Shown here: in pieces, positions 27,701-39,763 of the stretch
Layout: the number at the start of each line of letters is the position of its first letter
Position numbering within the stretch: position 1 is the first letter of the stretch
Position numbers and translations under genes: made by a program
Source of the DNA: Azolla caroliniana
Taxonomy: Eukaryota; Plantae; Polypodiophyta
Direction of reading: 5' to 3'
Length of the DNA: 64,000 nt
Assembly (NCBI GenBank): GCA_043228905.1
Contig: JBHGNT010000015.1
Span: 1,426,001-1,490,000, forward strand
Notes under the pieces: generated by a model
Database searches by the model: none
What the model was told of the DNA's origin: nothing
The model's input: only the letters and a program-made list of their open reading frames with translations

Positions 27701-28697
27701 CCTTCACCACATCAGACCATGTTCGGGTCTTGGCCTTCTCCTTTCGGTCGGCTCTGTCCTTCTTGACTCTGTCGCCACTGCCACTCATTCCAACTTGTTC
27801 GGATGTGCCAACTTCCTTCGTCGACTCGGCTTTCTTTTTCCTCTTGTCTCCCCCTTTGTTGGTTCTTCCCTTTCCGGTTCCTTGTGTGGTGCCGTCAGCA
27901 GTTTCTTTGCCTTTGCCCGTTCTCCCCCTCAAGTGCGGCACGTCGAGATGCTGAACACCAAGCATTTCGGTGAAGTGTTGCAACTTGTCTGATCCGAGCG
28001 GTTTGGTGAAGATGTCGGCAACCTGCCGATCCGTCTGAACATACCGAAGTTCAACTTCACCGCTCAGGACCCGCTCACGCATGAAGTGATAATGCACTTC
28101 TATGTGCTTTGTGCGAGCATGGAAGACGGCCCGGTTCTTGGCGAGCTGTATGTTGCTTATGTTGTTGCAATAGATTAGGATTGGGGTTGACACCTCGATC
28201 CGGAGATCTTGCAGCTGTCGCCAAAGCCAAATGGCTTCACAGGTGGTATTAGAGATTAGGTACTAAAGTAAGCATAAAATAAGGATATATCAATGATAGA
28301 TCTAGAAAGAATAGAGAGAAAAGAGAGAAAGAAGGGTGCCGATCCACCCGACCACCCCCGAGCGAAGGGATCGAGACGGACTCGAGCCTCGATCGGCGTC
28401 CCATACCACCGCCTTGGCGTCGAGTCGTACCTGGACGATAGCGCGCTTGCTACAAGAGTCGTTCCACTCACGGACAGAGTCTCGACGTAGTCAATGCATG
28501 CCCAAATGAGGGTAGCTAGGCCTCTTATTTATAGTAATTCTCAAGGCCCCCAGCCATGTTCACACTTGGCCTCATGGGTTGTCTCAATCCCGAGGATTAA
28601 AAGTAATCCTCCCCTTCTTTAGACTCTTTGTTTAACCCTCACACTTATCCACGTGTATAGAATACTACGACAATTCTCACCACGGGATATTATATGG

Positions 28698-31600
28698 TCA
28701 TGCCCGTAACATACTCCCCCTCTTTAAAACATTGCACTCTTGCAATGGAAAGTTAGGGAAGTTAGTTCTTAGAGTCGTTTCGCGTTCCCATGTGGCATCT
28801 TTGATTGATTTATCCATCCATTTTATTTTAAATTCTCGGATTTCCTTAGCACGTAATTTTTTTGTTTTAACATCGAGAATTCTTTCTGGTACATGTGGTT
28901 TAGAAGATAAATCTTCAGAAGTAACCAGAGTTTCAGTTGTAACTGTATTGTCGCCAGAACCTAGAAGTTCTTTTAGACGACTTACATGAAAGACTGGATG
29001 GATTCCAACACCATCGGGAAGAGCGAGACGATAGGCTGATGATCCAATGCGTTTGAGGACTGTAAAAGGTCCACAAAACTGTGGGGCTAACTTAGCGCAC
29101 TTACCCGTAGACAATGTCTTAGAATTGTGAGGTACACGTAAAAATACCTTCTGTCCAGGGCTGAATACACGAGGTTGCCTGTGATGATCGGCATAAAAAC
29201 GCGCTCTATCTTGAGCTGTTTTTATATTATCCCGTGCAATATGCAACATATCTTGCATATCCCGAAGAAAGTTTTGCGTACTTCGCAACTCATCATGATG
29301 TATATTAACATCAATCGGGGCTCGTGGCTGAAATCCATACATCAACATAAAAGGACTATATCCCGTCGACGTATGCTTGGAGCTGTTATAAGCAAACTCC
29401 AAAATTGGGAGGTAACGTTCCCATTTTGTTGGTTTTGCACCAACGTATGCTCGAAGCATGTCCTCAATAATTTGATTTACTCGTTCTGTCTGTCCATCGG
29501 ATTGAGGATGATCCGTGGAGCTCATGCTCAACGTAGTTTCTAACTTCTTAAAGACTTGCGTCCAGAAGTCACTAGTAAACTTCGGATCTCGGTCACTCAC
29601 GATATCCATCGGTAACCCGTAAAAACGAAATAACTCATCAACGAATTGGTAAGCCAATTCAGGAGCTGTTACCGTGGTTTTAGTAGCAATCAATCTGGCC
29701 ATTTTAGTTAGTCTGTCAACCACAACCCATATGGCATCATGACCTTTTTGGGTGCGAGGAAGGCTAACAATAAAATCCATGGATATACTTTCCCACTTAT
29801 TATTGGGAATGTCCAAGGGATGTAAAAGTCCTGCGGCTTTAAGTCGCTCGGCTTTGTTAACCTGACATTGGTGACATTTAGTCACATAGCTATGTATGTC
29901 AGGACGCATCTTAGGCCAATAAAATTGAGTGGAGATGAGAACGAGTGTACGATGTATTCCAGGGTGCCCTGCTGAGGGTGCATCATGACATTCAAAAAGA
30001 ATTCTCTTTTTGACCTCAGGTAAATCTGGAACACAAACCTTCCCATTACGGTAGAGCAGACCGTTAGCAATGTGGAAGTATTCCTTCGAGGGTGTGGTGG
30101 TGTCTGTTCCAGACTCGACTCTTGCCCAGTATTTTGCAAAATAATTGTCATCAGGATACTTTCCTCGAAGGTGATCATAAAGATCTGATGTTATTTCAGT
30201 GAAGCTAAGCATGTTAACTTCACGGATGCGACTTAGTGCATCAGCGACAGTATTCATGGAACCTTTACGATATCGTATGGAAAAATCAAAGTCCTGGATG
30301 AGATCAGCCCATCGTGCCTTACGACCTTTCAGGTCTTGTTGGTCACAAAAATATTTCAAGGACTCGTGGTCCGTAGTTACCACAAAGCGATTTCCATAAA
30401 GATAATGGCGCCATGTTTTGAGCGCATGTATAACCGCAAATAATTCCTTTTCTTGAACGGTATACCGACATTGAGCAGAATCAAGTTTCTTACTCTCGAA
30501 TGCTATTGGTTTACCATCTTGATACAAGACAGCACCTATAGCATAATCGCTTGCGTCGGTTTCAACCTCAAAAGGTTTTGAAGGATCGGGTAAAAGAAGT
30601 GAATGAGCTTTGCATACCAAGTCCTTGAGTTCCTTAAAGGCGAGGTCTAGTGTAGCATTCCACACAATAGGTTTTGTAGACTTACGCGTTTGACCTTTTA
30701 GAAGATCAGTAAACGGCGTCGTCAATTGTGAGTAATTACGAAGAGATTTTCGCAAAAATCCGACAAAACCAAGGAATGATCAAACTTCTCGAATATTCCG
30801 AAGAGTGGGCCAAAGCTTGATTTTCTCGATGCGAGAAGGATCAATTTCAACTCCTCGTTCGGTTATGAGATGTCCAAGATAAGTAATTGATTTCTTGAAG
30901 AACTCACATTTTGAGATCTTCGCGTAAAATTGTTTGTCACGCAATATTTGTAAAACAAAGCGGACATGTCTAGCATGTTCTTGTAATGTACAGCTATAAA
31001 CTAAAATATCATCTAAGAAGATAACGACAAATTTTCCAAGTTGTTCTCGGAAAATGTCATTCATTTCTTGTTGAAATGTAGCCGGAGCATTGGTCAAACC
31101 AAAAGGCATAACCAAAAACTCATAATGGCCGTAGCGCGTACGAAATGCTGTTTTAGGAACATCGTCCTCACTTATTCGTATTTGATGGTAGCCAGTACGG
31201 AGATCAAGTTTCGTAAAATACCGAGCTCCCTGGAGACGGTCAATTAGATCGTCAGCCCGGGGCAATGGGTACGAATTCTTGATCGTCACTTTATTCAAGC
31301 GTCGGTAATTAATACACATACGCCATGTGCCCTCTTTCTTTTTAACCAAGAGAACTGGTGCACCCCATGGAGATTTACTATAACGTATATAACCCATTCG
31401 TAAATAGTCCTTAAGTTGCTTAGCTACCTCATCCTCTTCAGATCGACTTAGGCGATACGGAGGTATACTAATGGGTGCAATGCCAGGTACAATATCTATA
31501 CGATGGTCTATATTACGTTTAGGAGGTAAACCATCGGGTAGTTCACTCGGAAAAACATCACGAAAATCGTTTACGATTTCATCAAGTTGTTTTTGTTCAA

Positions 31601-33216
31601 AATATGTTAATTGACCCGAGACATTATCGATATTGTAAACGTGAATGTCCGGATCAAGTACACAATAAAATAACGTAGAACAAGACAACTCGGATATTGA
31701 TGGACACGAGGAAACAATCGAGAGGGATTGTTTTGTTACACATTGAATAAAATGCGTACAATCGTTGAGTACAAAAGAAATGGAATGGCGAACCCAATCA
31801 ATAAATAAAGAAGAGCTTTTATTATAAGGGATAACCCAGTATTACATCGGTGGTACTAAGATTCATTACATGGAAGCCTACTTCCTCTATATAGGTATCA
31901 ATAGAAATTCCTAAAGAATGAATCGCCCCGTTGATGTGTTGTACTCTTCCATCAGCCAAGTGCACCGTGTAGGTGTGATCACTTACGGTGGGTTGGATTC
32001 CCCATATCTGTACCAAACGATCATTCACAAAATTGTGTGAGCTTCCCGAATCAAATAAAAATTGTACGGGAGATCCATTGATATACCCGTTTGCACGTAG
32101 TAAATCATTGGGACCCAATACATAATGAGGGAAAGAACATTGACAATTACTCAAATGATGTGTATAGACCTGAAGGACATTAGGAATCTGACCTTTATGG
32201 TCTGTAGCTTTAGGTTTGGCGTCGTGCTCTTTTCGTTGGAGCTTACGACATTGCTCTTTTGTATGACCCTTCTTTTTGCAGAATACGCAAAAAGGATGTT
32301 GTCGCTTATAATCGCAATCCATGAATTCGTTGGGTGTCTTGCGTTTCCCAACGAATTGCGACTGCTTAGTCCCGGGCGCTTCGTTGGGTTTGTTATGGTC
32401 CTTCTTCGAAGTGCGTTGATAGCGAAGAACTATCTCAACGGCCTCTTCGAAGGATTTTGGATCCTTATCGTGCACTATCCAGTGATAGTCCGAATTGGGG
32501 ATGCCATTGACAAAACAAGCTATTAACCAATTGTCCCCTTCTAGACCCGATTTTTGGATTTGGGTTCTAGCATGGTGGACATAGTCTTCTAGCGAGGAAA
32601 ACTTCCTGCTAGAGAGGTTCATTAAAGCTTGTGCTGCCTCGGTTCGAGAGGGAGGTTGTAGAAATTGACCCTTGAAAATTGTGACAAAGTCTGTCCAGGT
32701 CTCGGGAAATCTCCCCAAAGTTCGGAGCCCACGCCACCAAGCGGCGGCCTTACCCCCTAGTTCTCGGCCGACATATGCAATCTTCGTACTATCTGGCGTG
32801 GGATAGAGCTCAAAATGAGACTCCCATCGGCCCAGCCACGTGCAGATTGCTTCTTCGGTTCTTTCCTTTTTATCTCCCGTAAATGGCTTTACGACAAATG
32901 ATGGTTCACCCTGACGCTCATCAGGTCTATTAATCTCATTTTGGAGACTAATGACTCGTGCCTCGAGAGCACTTTGAGATTGCCGAAATTCGGTCAACTG
33001 CTGTGCGGTTGAACTAAGGAAATGTTGTACTTGTAAAATATACGCCTCAATGGACATTGTCCCAGGAGGATTTCCTTGAGTTCTTTCCGCTTGAGCGGAG
33101 GGCATCGGGTCGTTATTCTGAGCCATTAAATGATTATTTCTGGCAAAGAAATAAGATAAGGTCAGACAAATAGTCATAACATCTTGTCGTGGTGTAAACA
33201 TATCATGGGCAAACAT
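28698..33216 (-). pseudogene. gag-PR-RT-RH-IN-chromodomain polyprotein of gypsy 1, disrupted
   Basis: CVFCKKKGHTKEQC knuckle, FDSGS protease, FLDD RT, TDASD RNase H, SMDF/SDRD/QTER integrase, GPF module, group II-type chromodomain (PERILD..KW..DATWE). Frameshift near 31822 and in-frame TGA at 30780-30782. Confidence 0.92.
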
Positions 33217-34321
33217 TAATCGATATCATGATCTCACGTCAATACCCCTCTAGACGTATGAGATGAGGTTCAAGATCAGGTTACTATGGTAACACAGAGG
33301 TGTTTTAAAAACCATGGGGGTGACAAATGAATGCCTTTCCCTGATCTCTATATCGATTTTTTTCATGGCGGCTCCCCGAGGCTCAACCATGTATGTTCGC
33401 GTCATGAATAGTTTATACACGAAAAAAATGTTAACAATAACTATGTTTCTGTGCCCACATATGTGGTTTCGGCTCTTTAAGTCCTATTACGAGGACCCCG
33501 AAGTGCACTTAGACCTAAAGTCTAAACATGTATTATAGTCATATGTATCAACGATGTTGTATGGTGTTGGTCATATTTGAACTCGAGACCTCGAGGACAA
33601 ATACATTAAACACTTGAGCCAACCAAGTAGATTGCGCGTCTTGAATGTTTAATGTTTGAGGCGTATTCGAGATATGCGAGGCATTTGCCCCTATATGTTT
33701 TTTTTAAAAGAAACATATAGGTCAAGTGGCCTTATTTCTCCCTCATTTATTACCCACTATGGTTGTACGCTACCTACCCTCAAGCCTCGTAAGTACAATG
33801 GCATATGCCAAAGTGTAACCTAATGGTCAAGCCGAATGAGCCCTTGTGTCTTCGTAGGCTCATGTGGCCCATCACATGGTCACGTCATTACGAATGGCGC
33901 TCGTAAGAACGAGCTCATGGTGGCATCGTATCCATGTAACGAGGGGAGATGTTGGATACGTGTGTCATTAGAGCGACCCTACTTGATGTGGATCAAGCCC
34001 GACGTATTCAACATCATTTTGGCTATACGAGGTTCGTTACGTAACGAAAGATCAAAGTGACCAACGGGAATTTCAACAATAAAAATTGTTGATAAAAGGG
34101 ATGGTGACAACGCCATTCTCACAAAAATGTGAGGACGGCCACCAAAATCCTCTCCCCAATTAGGAAAACATTTGATATGAATCACGTAATCTAAAATATA
34201 CACATATGTCAATATATCACATATATACGATCAGAGACGTATATAAGTGACCACATATGCATATACTAAATGAATCGTTTTTTTTATATAGCCAACAATG
34301 ATGTATTCGGGATACGTAATC

Positions 34322-34565
34322 GAGGCATATACCTCTACGCACACGAAACATCCGAAAATAAGGTTAAGCGTAATTCGCAATTGAGGTATTGACCTCTTAC
34401 GCATAGTAAATCCAACGCATATCATTTCGAACGAATCGAGGTATTGACCTCGTACGCGAACGTAACATATGTTCGTGAACGTAATACGCAATTGAGGTAG
34501 TAACCTCGTACGCATACGACACTCATCACATATGATTTATATGTCAAACGAGGTATTGACCTCGT
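34322..34565. repeat. Array of five palindromic GAGGT-N4-ACCTC cores in the gypsy 1 leader
   Basis: Cores start at 34322, 34383, 34438, 34494 and 34550. Confidence 0.85.
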
Positions 34566-37500
34566 GGACATATGTAAACGTTTAAGATAACCAATTAAAT
34601 ACCACGTCAACATCATTGAATATATGAAAAAAAAACTACATATTAAGTATACACATGTATAGAAGGGAGAAGAAACAATTAGATAAAAATTTAAGGAAAA
34701 TTTACCGAAGTTCTTTCGCTAATCCTTGTCTGCATGAAGGCGACCGCACAACGATCAATCGCCATCCCACGCGAAGACAAAAAGAAAACCAAAAGAAACG
34801 TTAGTACATAGGCTCTGATACCAAATATTAGAGATTAGGTACTAAAGTAAGCATAAAATAAGGATATATCAATGATAGATCTAGAAAGAATAGAGAGAAA
34901 AGAGAGAAAGAAGGGTGCCGATCCACCCGACCACCCCCGAGCGAAGGGATCGAGACGGACTCGAGCCTCGATCGGCGTCCCATACCACCGCCTTGGCGTC
35001 GAGTCGTACCTGGACGATAGCGCGCTTGCTACAAGAGTCGTTCCACTCACGGACAGAGTCTCGACGTAGTCAATGCATGCCCAAATGAGGGTAGCTAGGC
35101 CTCTTATTTATAGTAATTCTCAAGGCCCCCAGCCATGTTCACACTTGGCCTCATGGGTTGTCTCAATCCCGAGGATTAAAAGTAATCCTCCCCTTCTTTA
35201 GACTCTTTGTTTAACCCTCACACTTATCCACGTGTATAGAATACTACGACAATTCTCACCACGGGATATTATATGGTCATGCCCGTAACAGGTGGCATTG
35301 GTAGCGCCTCGGTATTCAGCCTCAATGCTCGACAGAGCCACTGTTGGCTGCTCCACGCAACAGTTGCGCTACCAAGGGAAAATATGTACCCGGAGGTGGA
35401 TCAGGGATCCGATGCATCACCACCCCAGTCGGCATCTGTGTATCCGACTAGCTCTTCAGTTATACCGTGTCAGTATAACAGTCCCTGGTCCTTCGTGCCA
35501 CTAACATACCAGAGTATCCGGTGTGCGCACTGAAGGTGCTCGACGATCGACTTCTGCATGAACTGGCTAATCACTCCAACCAAATAACTTATGTCGGGTC
35601 GGGTGATTGTCAAGTATATCAGGCTTCCGACTATTTGTCAGAACCGTTTCTCATCGCAGGCTAGTCCGAAGACGGGACAAAGCTTTTGGTTCTGGTCCAG
35701 GGGTGTGGAGATCTGTCGGCATTCCGTCATGCCGAACTTGTACAACATATTCAACACATAATGGTGTTGTGAGAGCAATATACCATCGGGGTTTCGGATC
35801 ACCTCGATCCCAAGAAAATAATGAAGGTCCCCCATGTCCTTCATTTCAAATGCGTCCGACGGTTGGGACTTTACTCGGCCGATTTCATTGAGTCCGGGTC
35901 CGGTGATGACTAAATCATCTACATAAAGCAACATGCAAACCAAACTGTCCGGACCTTGCCGGATGAACAACAATGAGTTGGATTTAGAGGTCACAAACCC
36001 CATCTTACGCAACCGGTGTGTGATCTTTGTATTCCAAGCTTGAGGGGCTTGTTTCAGACCGTAAAGCGACTTCTTAAGCTGGCACACCGCCGACTTGTTC
36101 ATCTCCGACTAAAAACCGAGAGGTTGGATCATATAGACCCGTTCTTCAAGGTCACCTTTAGAAGAAACGCATTCTTCATGTTCATCTGGTGAAGATGCCA
36201 CCCCCTTGCCGCAACAACCGTTAGTACCACACGAACCGTCGTCATCTTTGCTACCGAGCGAAGGTCTTGTTGTAGTCAATTCCGTGGGTCTATGCGTATC
36301 CCTTCGCCACTAACGGGGCCTTGTACCAGTTGATTGAACCGTTGGCATTGTACTTTACCTTGTACACCCATTTGCAACCGATCGGTTTACAATGTCGGGG
36401 AGGGTCAACGAGATCCCATGTGTCGTTGGCATCAAGTGCTCGCATTTCTTCTTCCATAGCGGCACACCAATTTGCGTCCTTTGCCCCTTCTGCATAGCTC
36501 TCTAGCTCACGCACTTTCACCACTTTGGTCATGCACACATAATGATGCGCCATGTACTCATTGTACTCGTACCATGTAACGGGGTTCTTCTGGCGGGAGG
36601 ACCGGCGTAACTTGTCATCACCCTATTTGGGGCCCTTCTTGGCAGGTTCAGACTTCGTTCCCAAAGATCTGCCTTCATCCTTTCTGGAGTCGGATTCGCT
36701 CCGATCCAACTCCAAGTTGCCAGTTTTGTATTTTGACATCTTCTTCTTCCCCTTCTCTTTGCGCGTGAACCGTCTCCTCGGTTCCTTGTGCGGGGAGAGC
36801 ACGGCAGAGTCTCCACTCCTCGCCGGTTCCTTATCCGAATGGTCACTTTGACCCAATCGCTCGTTCGGTCCACTCAACCAAAACGATTCCGGACTCTCTT
36901 CTAGAGTCTCAAGCTCATCATCTTCTATCCGGACCGGTTTAGGCTCATTGGCCTCATCTTCCGGAATCGGGTCTGAGTCGGAAGTCGAACTTGGTAGAGA
37001 GTACCACGATGCCGTCTCGTCGAACTCAACATCTTGGCTTACTCGGACCTCCTTAGTTCGGGGGTTATAGCACTTATACCCCTTTTACTCATGCGAGTAA
37101 CCGATTAGGATGCACTTCTCCGACTTCGGATCGAGCTTCTTCCGCTTCTCATCCAGTACATGCACATATGCTATGCTACTGAATATCCGAAGGTGCCTCA
37201 AATTCGGCTTCCGCCTGAAATACAACTCATGTGCTCACACCTTGTCTCCGATCCGGTTTTGGATGTAGACGGCCTTCCGAACCGCCTCAACCTAGTAGAA
37301 TTGGGGCATGCTTTTCTCCTCCAGCATTGCCCTTGTCGTGTCGACAATTGACCGGTTCTTTCTTTCGGCCACACCGTTTTGCTCCGGTGTGTATCTGTAG
37401 TTGAATTCTCTCTAAATTCCGTTCTGCTGTAGATAACTATTGAATTGGCAGGAAAAGTATTCTTTTCCACCATCCGACCGCAAGCACTTGATCTTCCTCT

Positions 37501-37727
37501 CTGTTTCCTGTTCAACTAAGCTTTGCAAGTTCCGGAAACATTCGAAGACTTCGTTCTTCCGTTCGATGAGGTAGATCCATGTGTGCTGGCTATAGTCGTC
37601 GATGAAGGAGATGAAATATCGACTCCCGCCAAGATTAACGTTTTGTGTCGGTCCCCATACATCCGAATGGATTAGGTCGAGCTTGTTACAGCTCCAGTTT
37701 CATTCGGTGGGGAATGGTAGGCGGTGT

Positions 37728-37960
37728 TAGCAATGGGCGTGGTTCAGTTTCGGTTCGGTTCGGTTTCTTGGCCTTAAAACCAAACCAAACCATTTATTTA
37801 TATTAAAAACCAAACCAAATTGTTTAAATTTTATGAAGCCATTTAAACCAAACCGTTCATGAAAAATTTAGAACCAAACCAAATCGGTTTATCATAAATC
37901 AAAACCAAACCAAACCTATAAACCTTTAAACCTTCAAAACTTTTAAACCTTTAAACCTTT
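37728..37960. mobile_element. Single end of a hAT-like non-autonomous DNA transposon
   Basis: Begins TAGCAATGGGCG right after the copia codons for HRLPFP; dense CGGTT/AAACC subterminal repeats; no second end found. Confidence 0.65.
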
Positions 37961-39763
37961 CTGTCTCCGTGTACAACATCCGACCGTCCGATTGAGTGTT
38001 CATGTACCCACTCACATGGTTTTCTTCGACCATGAGCATCGATTGCAAGTCGAAGAAAGATGGTGGTTTCTCCCGGGTGCAAATCGCGGTCCGGATTGGC
38101 CCGTACTGTCAAGAGTTCGATGCCACGATGACCCACTTGCAGGTCATTTCGGGGTCGCGAAAACACTCGAGCTAATCTCTCGGGGGTATTGGTGGCCACA
38201 ACCATGGAAGTTGGTCAAAGAATACATAAAGAGTTGTGAGTTTTGTGCTCGCTCCAAAGCCATTCATCATCGGCCATATGGCTTACTACAGCCGCTTCCA
38301 TGTCCTTGTTGTCCTTGGGCCTCTATCTCTATGGACCTGATAACTGATCTACCCTTGGTCAATAGCTATGACTCGATGTTGGTCGTTGTCGATTGGTTTA
38401 TGAAGATGGCTCACTTCACTCCATGCTCCAAAACCATTTCCGGAGAAGGAATGGTGCATCTACTACTCAACAATGTGGTACGCTTGCATGGACTCCCCGA
38501 TGATGTCATCTCGGATCGCGGACCCCAGTTTGTCTCTCACTTCTGGCAGCGCCTGCTACAAACTTTAGGCATCTCTGTCAAATTTTCCTCTGCTTATCAC
38601 CCCCAAACTGACGGGCAAACGGAGCGTGTCAACCAAATCCTTGAGCAGTATCTTCGGTGCTCGGTTAGTTACCAACAAGATGATTGGGTCAACTTACTTT
38701 CGCTCGCGGAATTCGCCTACAATAATTCTCTCCATGCATCGACTAGCGTCATTCCCTTCTTTGCCAACTATGGTTTACATCCTCGCTTCAACATTTCCCT
38801 TCCTACCACTTCCGTGAACCCTTCGGTGGAGGATCGCGCCCGCATTTTGGAAGAACTACATCATGATTTATCCTTAGAGCTTAGTCTTGCTAATGAACGA
38901 TATAAGAAGCAGGCTGATCGCCATCGATCTTCCACTCCACACTTTGTCGTTGGAGACATGGTCTGGTTGTTACGTCGACACATCTCTACTACTCGTCCAT
39001 GTGCGAAACTTGATTACAAGAAGTTGGGACCATTCCGTATCATCGAGTGCATCAATCCCGTCACCTTCCGGCTCGCCCTTCCATCCCACTTCCGGATTCA
39101 CAATGTTTTTCATGTCTCCCTCCTCGAATCCCATTATGCTTCACAACTCCCAAGACGTCAGGCCCCACCACCACCACCTGTGCAATTGACGACAGGGGAG
39201 GAATACGAGGTCGACCAAATCCTTGACTCGCGTTGGCACCGTCGACACTTGCAATACCTCGTCCTATGGAGGGGTTACCCCATGTCTGAGGCCACGTGGG
39301 AACCATCGGCAAATTTACAAAATGCCCCAGAGGTCGTCCAAGATTTTCATCACCGATATCCCCACAAACCAGCGGCCGATTTGGGAAGGCGGCGTAGGAG
39401 GGGGGATAATGTCAAGATTCGAACTCTTGACACGACCATGTTATAATCTAGTATTATGAGTTAACCAAGATATCTAGTACATAGTTATGTATGTAATTAG
39501 TCCTTATTATTTTGCTAGCATCATGTGCATAGTTGCTCCCTTGTAGTATTTATACTTGGCACATGCATGCATACCTACATGCTCTATTGTAGATTCACAT
39601 GCGTGCAACAAGTATGCATGCCATGTAGTATAAATAGAGGAGTTCACCTTGAAGGAATTCAAGGTGAACAACACCAGTTATGGAGTCTTTCCTTTAATAC
39701 TATCTTCTTTCTTGTCCATTTGGTTATCTTCTTGCTTGTCTCTTGAGCTTATGATCTGTGACA
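37961..39763 (+). mobile_element. 3' part of Ty3/gypsy chromovirus 2 (Tcn1-like): integrase, chromodomain, PPT and 3' LTR (39410-39763)
   Basis: ORF 37992-39446 has HHCC, SMDL/SDRG/QTER, GPF and a group I chromodomain (YEVDQILD..YLVLWRGY..TWEP). PPT AGGAGGGGGGA; LTR TGTCA...TGACA abuts copia A gag. Confidence 0.9.
39410..39480 (-). promoter_or_regulatory. tRNA-like Pol III A-box/B-box cassette at the U3 end of the gypsy 2 LTR (putative)
   Basis: Minus strand reads TAGATATCTTGGTTAA...GGTC...GAGTTCGAATC; A-box start to B-box G is 52 nt. Confidence 0.5.

Larger units (their letters stand above)
28247..35290 (-). mobile_element. Ty3/gypsy chromovirus 1 (Reina-like), full length, inserted in the RNase H of copia A
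   Basis: 465-bp LTRs at 28247-28711 and 34826-35290, identical by eye; TSD GGTGG; tRNA-iMet PBS TGGTATCAGAGCC at 34823-34811; PPT AAAGAGGGGGAG next to 28711. Confidence 0.97.

Noticed and set aside
34322-34565. CRISPR array
   Set aside because: Eukaryotic retroelement context, no cas genes, degenerate repeats, and alternate spacers related to each other; kept only as a hairpin array.
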